From assembly GCA_050173015.1 (NCBI GenBank), contig JBFXLE010000002.1, forward strand, positions 64,001-128,000: 64,000 bases of DNA. The letters run 5' to 3'. Position 1 is the stretch's first letter. Each line of letters opens with the position of its first letter. Shown here piece by piece: positions 56,372 to 64,000 of the stretch. Source of the stretch: Calditrichaceae bacterium (GTDB lineage: Bacteria > Calditrichota > Calditrichia > Calditrichales > JBFXGD01). The notes under the pieces are model-generated. The model was not told the origin of the DNA, searched no databases, and saw only the letters and a list, made by a program, of their open reading frames with translations. The position numbers and the translations under genes were made by a program.

Positions 56372-58222
56372 ATGGCTAGTATGAGTACCAAAGAAGTCAA
56401 AGAACTGGAACGAGTGACTATCCGTTTTGCCGGTGATTCAGGTGATGGGATGCAGTTGACCGGTGGCCAGTTCACGGACACAACAGCGCTTGAAGGCAAT
56501 GATCTGATTACATTACCGGATTATCCGGCAGAAATCAGAGCACCGGCCGGCACACTTTTTGGTGTTTCCGGATTTCAAATACAATTCAGTAGTGCGAAGG
56601 TTCACACACCAGGCGATTCCCCTGATGTGCTCGTCGCGATGAATCCCGCCGCGCTGAAGGTCAGTCTTAGGCAATTAAAAGACAATGGTATTATTATAGT
56701 TAATACGGACGCATTTCAGGGCAGGAATCTGGAACTTGCCGGGTACGAATCAAATCCTCTTGAAGATGATACTCTGAAGGGATTTCAGGTATTCCCTGTA
56801 CCCATCACAAATCTGACACGAGAGGCTTTAACAGAATCTTCTCTCACTGTCAAAGAAAAAGACCGTTGCAAGAATTTCTTTGCTTTGGGAATAGCATACT
56901 GGATGTTTTCAAGACCCATGGATAACACCCTGAACTGGATAAATACTAAATTTAAGAAAAACCCGGAATTGATTGATGCAAATACCAAAGCGCTTAACGC
57001 CGGCTATTCCTACGCGTTGTCAACTGAAATCTTCACAACTTCATACAAAGTGTCAAAAGCTCAAAAAACTCCCGGTACTTACAGAAATATTACCGGTAAT
57101 GAGGCGATCGCGCTTGGATTTATAACCGCGGCAAAAAAAGCAAATTTGGAGCTTTTTCTCGGAAGTTATCCCATAACTCCGGCCAGCGATATCCTGCACG
57201 AACTATCAAAATATCGTAACTATGACGTGAAGACTTTTCAGGCCGAAGATGAGATCGCCGGAATTGGATCTGCTCTCGGAGCATCATTTGCGGGGGATTT
57301 GGCGATTACAACCACAAGCGGTCCCGGTGTGGCGCTTAAAACAGAGTTCATAGGGCTCGCGGTAATGCTTGAGCTCCCGTTAGTTATTGTTAATGTACAG
57401 CGCGGAGGTCCGAGTACAGGACTGCCGACAAAAACAGAGCAGGCCGATCTGCTTCAGGCTGTTTATGGCAGGAACGGTGAAGCGCCTATACCCGTTATTG
57501 CGGCAGAAAGCCCGTCTGATTGCTTTGCGGCTGCATTTGAGGCGGCAAAGATTGCTCTCGAATTCACGATTCCGGTTATGCTTTTAACTGACGGTTATAT
57601 CGCCAATGGCGCTGAGCCCTGGTTACTTCCGAATGTTGATGAAATTCCTGAGATTAAAATGGAATTCGCGACAGATCCTGAGACCTTTATGCCATACAAA
57701 CGTAATCCTGAGACACTTGCCAGAATGCTGGCGCTCCCAGGAACGCCGGGGTTAGAACATCGAATCGGCGGTCTTGAAAAAGAAGACATCACCGGAAACG
57801 TTTCATACGATCCGGCAAATCATCATAAAATGATCAGCATTAGAGCTGAAAAGGTTAACCGTGTTGGTAATTTTGTGGATGAACCGGAAATTTTCGGAGA
57901 TCCTGAAGGAGATTTACTGATTGTCAGTTGGGGCAGTACATATGGTTCCATTTTTACGGCTATGGAAGAAATCCAAAAGAGAGGTCACAAGGTTTCCTGG
58001 TATCATCTGAGATGGGTACATCCGTTCCCGAAGAAACTGGGCGAATATATAAAGAATTTTAAACAGATTCTCGTTCCGGAAATTAATATGGGACAGTTGG
58101 TAAAATTAATTCGCTCGGAATATTTGGTGGATGCGCAGGGGTTGAATATTATGAGAGGTCTGCCACTCAGAACATCGGATATCATAGAAGGAATTGAATC
58201 AAAACTGAAAGGGGTTAAATAA
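56372..58222 (+). CDS. korA: 2-oxoacid:ferredoxin oxidoreductase alpha subunit (gamma-alpha fusion)
   Basis: AGDSGDG, YPAEIRAP, YPITPAS, QAEDEI, TSGPG, QRGGPSTGLPT. Substrate specificity cannot be determined from these motifs. Confidence 0.92.
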   Translation: MASMSTKEVKELERVTIRFAGDSGDGMQLTGGQFTDTTALEGNDLITLPDYPAEIRAPAGTLFGVSGFQIQFSSAKVHTPGDSPDVLVAMNPAALKVSLRQLKDNGIIIVNTDAFQGRNLELAGYESNPLEDDTLKGFQVFPVPITNLTREALTESSLTVKEKDRCKNFFALGIAYWMFSRPMDNTLNWINTKFKKNPELIDANTKALNAGYSYALSTEIFTTSYKVSKAQKTPGTYRNITGNEAIALGFITAAKKANLELFLGSYPITPASDILHELSKYRNYDVKTFQAEDEIAGIGSALGASFAGDLAITTTSGPGVALKTEFIGLAVMLELPLVIVNVQRGGPSTGLPTKTEQADLLQAVYGRNGEAPIPVIAAESPSDCFAAAFEAAKIALEFTIPVMLLTDGYIANGAEPWLLPNVDEIPEIKMEFATDPETFMPYKRNPETLARMLALPGTPGLEHRIGGLEKEDITGNVSYDPANHHKMISIRAEKVNRVGNFVDEPEIFGDPEGDLLIVSWGSTYGSIFTAMEEIQKRGHKVSWYHLRWVHPFPKKLGEYIKNFKQILVPEINMGQLVKLIRSEYLVDAQGLNIMRGLPLRTSDIIEGIESKLKGVK

Positions 58223-59259
58223 TGTCGGAGAATCTTTCAAAAGATATAAAACCTCTGGGTCTTACCCGTGAAGATTTTTCTTCCGATCAGGAAACACGCT
58301 GGTGTCCGGGTTGTGGTGACTATTCCATTCTGGCGCAAATGAAAAAAGTGTTGCCTGAACTTGGAATTCCCAGAGAGAAATTTGTTTTTGTTTCAGGAAT
58401 TGGTTGTTCAAGCCGGTTCCCTTATTATGTTAATACATACGGTATCCACAGTATACATGGACGCGCGCCGGTGATGGCATCGGGATTAAAACTTGCTAAC
58501 CCCGACCTGAAAGTATTTGTAGTCACGGGTGACGGCGACGCCTTAAGTATCGGCGGTAACCATTTTATCCATCTCTGCCGAAGAAATATCGATATTACGG
58601 TAATCTTGTTTAACAATCAGATATACGGTCTAACCAAGGGACAGTATTCGCCAACTTCTGAAAAAGGTAAAGTGACCAAATCTTCTCCCTACGGAACGGT
58701 CGAAAATCCGTTTAATCCTGTTCAGATGGCCCTTGCGGCCGGCGCCACCTTTGTGGCCAGATCGATTGACAGAGATCCAAAACATCTTGCGGAAATGCTT
58801 ATGAAAGCGGCAAATCATAAAGGGACCAGTTTTGTCGAAGTCTATCAGAATTGTAATATATTCAATAATGGCGCTTTTAGCGCGATGACGGACGCTAAGA
58901 CAAAAAAGGATAATGTTCTGTTGATGGAAGACGGAAAGCCTTATATCTTTGGCAATGATTCCGATAAAGCATTAAACTGGATGGGCACAAATTTTGAGAT
59001 TGTAAAGACAGGTGATCTCAAATCGCAGGAAGATTTGCTGAAACATGATGAACATGCGGGACGCGCGGCAATGGAATTTATGCTTGCCAGTCTGACGTAT
59101 GATCCCTCTTATCCGACTCCGATCGGCGTATTCAGAGATATAAAAGCCGATACCTATGATGATCTGCTAACGCGTCAGATCCAGTTCGTCAAAGATAAAA
59201 AAGGTGAGGGTGATTTGCACTCGTTATTGTATTCAGGAAGTACTTTCGAAGTTAAATAA
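58222..59259 (+). CDS. korB: 2-oxoacid:ferredoxin oxidoreductase beta subunit
   Basis: WCPGCG, SGIGCS, HGR, GDGD...NN TPP motif, YGLTKGQ. Confidence 0.94.
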   Translation: MSENLSKDIKPLGLTREDFSSDQETRWCPGCGDYSILAQMKKVLPELGIPREKFVFVSGIGCSSRFPYYVNTYGIHSIHGRAPVMASGLKLANPDLKVFVVTGDGDALSIGGNHFIHLCRRNIDITVILFNNQIYGLTKGQYSPTSEKGKVTKSSPYGTVENPFNPVQMALAAGATFVARSIDRDPKHLAEMLMKAANHKGTSFVEVYQNCNIFNNGAFSAMTDAKTKKDNVLLMEDGKPYIFGNDSDKALNWMGTNFEIVKTGDLKSQEDLLKHDEHAGRAAMEFMLASLTYDPSYPTPIGVFRDIKADTYDDLLTRQIQFVKDKKGEGDLHSLLYSGSTFEVK

Positions 59260-59287
59260 CAATAACATATATTCGGGTAAGAAATAC

Positions 59288-59323
59288 AAAAAAGGCAGGA
59301 ATATTCATTCTTGCCTTTTTTTT
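59288..59323 (+). terminator. Intrinsic terminator after korB
   Basis: AAAAAAGGCAGGAAT-attc-ATTCTTGCCTTTTTTTT. Confidence 0.85.
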
Positions 59324-59335
59324 AGTTTTTTTTGG

Positions 59336-59362
59336 TTAATAATTTTGTATTTTTTCCGATAA
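59336..59362 (+). promoter_or_regulatory. Possible sigma-28-type promoter
   Basis: TTAA-N15-TCCGATAA upstream of the HD-GYP gene. Confidence 0.3.
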
Positions 59363-59421
59363 GTAAATATGAATTAAAAATTTAATCACACCAGGTCATA
59401 TACATTAGAAGAAAAAATATT

Positions 59422-60399
59422 ATGGATGATAATTACATCTTGGCATCAGAGGCAGGAAGACCTAAGATACTTATTGTGGATGATTCCGCAGAAAATATAG
59501 AAATCATCGAGCATATTCTGGAAGATCTTAATTATGATATCAGTGAAGCATTTAACGGAACTGAGGCGCTTGAAAAAATAAATAAAATAAATCCTGATCT
59601 GATACTTTTGGATGTAGTTATGCCGGGGATGAGCGGATTTGAAGTCGCGAAGCATATAAAAAGTCGTCCGGATACAAGATTAATACCCATCATTATGGTT
59701 ACCGCGCTGGACGGACAACAAGACCGGTTGAAGGGACTAAATGCCGGAGTTGATGATTTTATCACGAAACCGGTGAATATTTTTGAACTCAGAGCGCGTA
59801 TCAATAATTTGCTTAGACTTCGTGATTATATAAGCGAACTGGAACACGCGGAACAAGTGATTTTTAGCCTGGCCAGAACAGTTGAAGCCAAAGACCGTTA
59901 TACCGAAGGCCATTGTGAAAGGTTGTCCACGCTGGCGGAAAAATTAGGTTCAAAACTTGGTCTGTCCGAACAGGATCTGACAATCCTGAGAAGAGGCGGA
60001 ATATTGCATGACATCGGAAAAATTGCCATCAGTGATGCCATTCTGTTAAAACCGGGACCACTTACATCCGGTGAATATGATATTATCAAGCAGCACCCGG
60101 AGATTGGTGAAAGGATTTGTGCTCCGCTCAAGACACTCCGCCCGGTTTTACCGACCATACGCTATCATCAGGAACGGTTTAACGGGAGCGGCTATCCGGA
60201 CGGGCTTGCTGGCCATGATATCCCTATCCATGCCAGAATAATAGGAATTGTGGATTGTTATGATGCTTTGACGACCAAGAGAACGTACAGGGGGGCGCTG
60301 AGTCATAATGAAGCCTTTAGAATCATGCGGGATGAAACGCGGCATGGACTCTGGGATCCGGAGATTATGAATGTTTTTGACAACATGATGCATTCCTGA
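59422..60399 (+). CDS. REC + HD-GYP response regulator (RpfG-like c-di-GMP phosphodiesterase)
   Basis: IVDD, LLDVVMPG, TKP; YTEGH, LHDIGK, YHQERFNGSGYP, DCYDA, RTYR. Confidence 0.92.
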   Translation: MDDNYILASEAGRPKILIVDDSAENIEIIEHILEDLNYDISEAFNGTEALEKINKINPDLILLDVVMPGMSGFEVAKHIKSRPDTRLIPIIMVTALDGQQDRLKGLNAGVDDFITKPVNIFELRARINNLLRLRDYISELEHAEQVIFSLARTVEAKDRYTEGHCERLSTLAEKLGSKLGLSEQDLTILRRGGILHDIGKIAISDAILLKPGPLTSGEYDIIKQHPEIGERICAPLKTLRPVLPTIRYHQERFNGSGYPDGLAGHDIPIHARIIGIVDCYDALTTKRTYRGALSHNEAFRIMRDETRHGLWDPEIMNVFDNMMHS

Positions 60400-60653
60400 C
60401 AAATCATAAATATCCGTAAACAAATTCTTTATAAATATATATTGCGAACTCAGATTCGTGCCGATCGACCTTATTTTCGGTAAATAAAATAATATTTGAG
60501 CGCAATGATGCATTCCCTTAACTTTATCATCGTTGACGGTTTATTATTGTATTCAAAATTCTTGTAATTAAAAGTAAAAATGTTTATTTTGTATAATAAA
60601 TTTCGGTTTGCTTTAGAAAAGTCGGAATCTCAACCATTTTTATGAGGCCACAT

Positions 60654-60986
60654 ATGCGCGTTATCAGTATCTTTTTCTGGATCATATTTGGTGCAATAAT
60701 TCTTTGGTTTTTTACCCTGAATCTCGGGTCAAGGGTTGATATTTATCTGTTCAATTCTTTATATGAACAGGTGCCTGTCGTTACCGTAATTTTTATTTCA
60801 TTATTTGTCGGAGTCGTTCTGGGCGCGCTTCTGCTTTCAACCCAGCTTCTCAAGGCCAAGGGACAGGTTTCAGGTATTCGTAAGGAAAATAAACGTCTCG
60901 TTAAAGAACTGGAGGGATTAAGAAATCTTTCCATCGATGAAATTCCTGATACGGATACGAGAATCGGACCGGATAAAGATAATTAA
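60654..60986 (+). CDS. lapA: LapA-family membrane protein
   Basis: Two TMs with FFTLN...V, C-terminal coiled coil ending LRNL; upstream of the lapB-like gene. Start is 60654 or 60642. Confidence 0.75.
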   Translation: MRVISIFFWIIFGAIILWFFTLNLGSRVDIYLFNSLYEQVPVVTVIFISLFVGVVLGALLLSTQLLKAKGQVSGIRKENKRLVKELEGLRNLSIDEIPDTDTRIGPDKDN

Positions 60987-61003
60987 TATGGCAGGATATT
61001 GAA

Positions 61004-62155
61004 ATGAGTGAGAACTTTGTTGCTCAATTTTGGATTATTACAACCCTGCTGCTTGCCGGGGCCGCTTTAGTTTATATTTTTTATTATTGGAAACGCGATG
61101 AAGATGCTCCGCCTCATAAGGACTCTTACCTGCTCGCCTTAAAATATATGGCTGAAAATGATCATCGCAGGGCTATTGAAAAATTTAAGGAAACCGTCAG
61201 GTATAATACGGAAAATATAGACGCCTACCTAAAATTGGGCGATATTCTTCGCAAGGAAGGGCTCTTTACAAATGCCGTGCGGATCCATAAAGATCTGACC
61301 CTCAGAGGTGATATAAATTCTGCAGAACTTCCAAAAGTCTGGTATAGTCTGGCGATGGACTATTTGGATTCTAAAAAAATGGATAATGCCGAAACTTACC
61401 TTGAAAAATTGATCAAGAATGATCAATATCATGAGGAAGTTTTGCCTTACCTCGTGAAAATATATGAGAGCAAGAATGATTATGAACGCGCCTTTAATTT
61501 ATTAAAGACCGTTAAATCAGGGGATTTAAAAAAAATAAAGCGGCGGATGGCGATTTACAAGATTCTGCAGGCTATCGAGGCGGGGAATAAAGGTGAAGGG
61601 AAAAATTCAAGAATCATCTTTAAGGAAGCGATAAAGATTGATCCTTCCTGTGCGGCGGCGTTTCTTTATATTGGTGATTCATATATGCGGGAAAACCGCC
61701 CTGACGATGCTATCGATACATGGACGGATTATTGTAAAAAGCATCCCAAAGAGGCTCATATTCTTTTTTCCAGGCTCGAAAAAGCCTGGTATGAAAAAGG
61801 ACAGTTTAGCAAAATTGAAGAACTGTATGAATCAATTCTGGCAAGTGATCCTGAAAATATAAAGGCATTGTTGTCCCTTTCAAGCATTTACAGAAAGAAA
61901 GGGGATTATCAATCCGCTCTGAATCTTATTCAGGATGGAATGAAACAGGATATGAATGACAAAATCCTAAAAGCTGAAATTGTTCATATTTTAACCGAAA
62001 AAGGTCAGTTCAAAGATGCGAGTAAACAGGCCCTGGAGTTGATCGATGGATATCTTGAAACATCTTCGAGCAAGTACTCGTGTCCATATTGTGACTATAA
62101 ATCCGATGAACTATTCTGGAAATGCCCGAAATGCAGCGAATTGAATATAGATTGA
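61004..62155 (+). CDS. lapB: LapB (YciM)-like TPR protein with C-terminal rubredoxin-type metal site
   Basis: N-terminal TM, TPR repeats (LGDILRKEG...AVRIH), YSCPYC...WKCPKC. Confidence 0.85.
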   Translation: MSENFVAQFWIITTLLLAGAALVYIFYYWKRDEDAPPHKDSYLLALKYMAENDHRRAIEKFKETVRYNTENIDAYLKLGDILRKEGLFTNAVRIHKDLTLRGDINSAELPKVWYSLAMDYLDSKKMDNAETYLEKLIKNDQYHEEVLPYLVKIYESKNDYERAFNLLKTVKSGDLKKIKRRMAIYKILQAIEAGNKGEGKNSRIIFKEAIKIDPSCAAAFLYIGDSYMRENRPDDAIDTWTDYCKKHPKEAHILFSRLEKAWYEKGQFSKIEELYESILASDPENIKALLSLSSIYRKKGDYQSALNLIQDGMKQDMNDKILKAEIVHILTEKGQFKDASKQALELIDGYLETSSSKYSCPYCDYKSDELFWKCPKCSELNID

Positions 62156-62802
62156 CAAAATTTCTTTTTATTGTTTTTTTATTGTCAGCATTCGCAAATG
62201 GCCAAGCGCAGAATAATAATGAACTTATCGAGCTTTATGAACAGCATGAATTTGCTCTGTTAAAAGGGAAAATTGAGGGGATTCAGGGTACTTACACCAC
62301 CACTCCCGAATATAGATTTTTTAAAGCGGTATTTATTGAAAACGGAGAAGAAGCACAGAAGGAGTATAAATATATATTTGATAATGGAAAAGGCCGGATA
62401 AAATATCATGCGGCATACAAGATGATGGATTATAACTTTGCGCGCGGTTATTATAATACGGCTGAAATTTATCAAAAATATGTATTGGATAATGAGCTCA
62501 GCCCGGGAGCAACTGTCGATAAAAGCAAAGATTCTACAGTCCCGGATTTACCTGAACCGGGAAAGAACGATGATGTAGTATTTATTCAGGTCGGAGCCTT
62601 TGGTTTTAGGGAAAACGCGGTTCAGCTGAGAAATATGTTAAGTACGCAGAATATTGACTCGAAGATCATAGAACGAGAAATAAACGACAAAAAATTATTT
62701 TGTGTATGGGTTGACGGTCTTGATAATTTAGATGATACGCTTAAATTTGCAAATGAAATAAAAGAAAAATATGATTTGGATTACCGTATTATCAAAAGGT
62801 AA
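62152..62802 (+). CDS. SPOR-domain exported protein
   Basis: Signal-like N-terminus from TTG 62152 (ORF track starts at 62122); IQVGAFGFRENA SPOR signature. Confidence 0.8.
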   Translation: MTKFLFIVFLLSAFANGQAQNNNELIELYEQHEFALLKGKIEGIQGTYTTTPEYRFFKAVFIENGEEAQKEYKYIFDNGKGRIKYHAAYKMMDYNFARGYYNTAEIYQKYVLDNELSPGATVDKSKDSTVPDLPEPGKNDDVVFIQVGAFGFRENAVQLRNMLSTQNIDSKIIEREINDKKLFCVWVDGLDNLDDTLKFANEIKEKYDLDYRIIKR

Positions 62803-62805
62803 AGG

Positions 62806-63489
62806 ATGCTTATGGACCTTTCAGTATTAAGGACAATTCCATTATTCTCCGAACTTAATGACGATGAATTAAATCAGATATCAAAATTTGCAGTCCGTCA
62901 GTATTATAAAAAAGACAACATGGTCCTTATCGAGGAAGAAGTGGGCTCAACCATGTTTGTTATTCTCAACGGACGGGTAAAAATATCCCGGATCAGCGAT
63001 GAAGGCAGGGAGGTAATACTCTCCATACTATGTGACGGGGATTTTTTTGGGGAGATGTCTATACTGGATGGGCAAACACGCAGCGCAAATGCAGTGACCC
63101 TGGAAGATACTGAACTGTTGATTATAAGAAGAGAAGACTTTTTAACAGTGCTTTATGATTACCCTCAGATCGCGATAAATTTATTAAAAGAACTTGCGCA
63201 CCGTCTGAGAAGAAGTGATTCACAAATAAAAAGTCTGTCCTTGCAGAATGCTTTGGGGAAAGTAGCATCTACTTTGTTACGTATCGCGGATGATTCCGGT
63301 ACCATAAAGCAGGGACAGGTTGAGATCTCACAACTTCCTCCTCAACAGGATCTGGCCAACATGGCGGGGACAAGCCGTGAGACTATTTCGCGGGTCATCA
63401 AATCGCTCAGTCAGCTCGGATATGTACGAAAAGAGGGAAGTAAGCTCATAATTATTGATTATAATCGATTCAGGCAGGATTTTTCATAA
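62806..63489 (+). CDS. Crp/Fnr-family transcriptional regulator (CRP/GlxR-like)
   Basis: FFGEMSILDGQTRSA cNMP pocket; HTH LANMAGTSRETISR; no FNR-type Cys cluster. Confidence 0.93.
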   Translation: MLMDLSVLRTIPLFSELNDDELNQISKFAVRQYYKKDNMVLIEEEVGSTMFVILNGRVKISRISDEGREVILSILCDGDFFGEMSILDGQTRSANAVTLEDTELLIIRREDFLTVLYDYPQIAINLLKELAHRLRRSDSQIKSLSLQNALGKVASTLLRIADDSGTIKQGQVEISQLPPQQDLANMAGTSRETISRVIKSLSQLGYVRKEGSKLIIIDYNRFRQDFS

Positions 63490-63510
63490 TTTCAGGATTT
63501 TTAGCATTTT

Positions 63511-64000
63511 ATGAATGCTACACAAACGAATATTGGACTGGTTTCGAACGACAAAGGGCGGATAGAAAAATATAGAACCATCTTATCGGATCCAACCAAC
63601 AAATTATTTATAAATTCTCTTAAATCGGCTTTTAAAAACGCCTTGATTGAATATCCTCTCGAAGTGGTGATAGTTGACGCGTTTTCGGAACCGGATTTTG
63701 ATTTTCGCTCTATTGAGGGTTTTCGCAATCAGAAAAAACTGGCAAACATTCCATTTATATTTTTACTCTCTTCCGGTCAGCAGGCCCTAAAAAGACAAAT
63801 TTTTAAAAATACCCATAATTTAATTCTCATCGAACCGGTCGATAAGTTCGAATTTCTTTCCCTGATCACGAGTACCATTTATTTAAGCCAGATCGAACGA
63901 CGCGTTCTTTTATATAAAGATATCGTTGATGGTGAAAAACGACTTATTTCATCCATGGATGAAATCCTTGAGATCAACAGAATCATCCAGATAAAAGACG
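63511..64000 (+). CDS. Signalling protein with a degenerate N-terminal receiver-like domain; 3' end outside window
   Basis: Open from ATG 63511 to the edge: MNATQTNIGLVSND...LEVVIVDAFSE...NIPFIFLL...LIEPVDKFEFLSLI..., then a helical linker. Not in the ORF track. Confidence 0.65.
   Translation, partial: MNATQTNIGLVSNDKGRIEKYRTILSDPTNKLFINSLKSAFKNALIEYPLEVVIVDAFSEPDFDFRSIEGFRNQKKLANIPFIFLLSSGQQALKRQIFKNTHNLILIEPVDKFEFLSLITSTIYLSQIERRVLLYKDIVDGEKRLISSMDEILEINRIIQIKD

Noticed and set aside
2252-63728. The many short antisense or alternate-frame ORFs in the track (e.g. 10458-10943, 23015-23440, 36614-37081, 42040-42546, 63501-63728)
   Set aside because: All overlap well-supported CDSs and show no motifs or RBS of their own.
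1-64000. Mobile elements, prophage, CRISPR or anti-phage defence genes
   Set aside because: No transposase, integrase, phage structural, cas or recognisable defence motifs, and no repeat-spacer arrays seen.

Overview
This is a gene-dense bacterial chromosomal segment. Only two real CDSs lie on the - strand. The repertoire (LapAB, secretin, 7TM-HD/PgpH, KorAB, SelA/SelB) suggests a diderm anaerobe, possibly Calditrichota/FCB-like; the taxonomy is inference. In order, the window holds: a truncated HExxH/beta-propeller envelope protein, rfbB, a Zn-finger-TM-polysaccharide deacetylase, an NPP phosphodiesterase, class I aldolase, and a KamA/BlsG-like radical SAM gene behind a sigma-54 motif. Next come an 11-gene type IV/MSHA-like pilus cluster, a PAS-PAS-HisKA-REC protein that lacks an ATPase domain, class II aldolase, panD-ClC-acyl-CoA dehydrogenase-pgpH-ybeY-corC-selA, flotillin, an aminotransferase fusion, a divergent PEP carboxykinase, ndk and selB. 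The rest is repair, SAM and tRNA-modification genes, comM, korAB, an HD-GYP regulator and lapAB-SPOR-crp. I found no rRNA, tRNA, CRISPR array or mobile element. The two best candidates for an undescribed system are: (1) an aspartate aminotransferase fused to a degenerate, Cys-cluster-bearing PEPCK-like domain, directly upstream of an intact divergent PEPCK and NDK, suggesting an Asp->OAA->PEP complex; (2) a pilus extension ATPase with a degenerate MshEN motif and an intact C-terminal receiver domain, with a CA-less HisKA protein after the cluster, suggesting direct phospho-control of a pilus motor. All family calls come from motifs recognised by eye, not from database searches.
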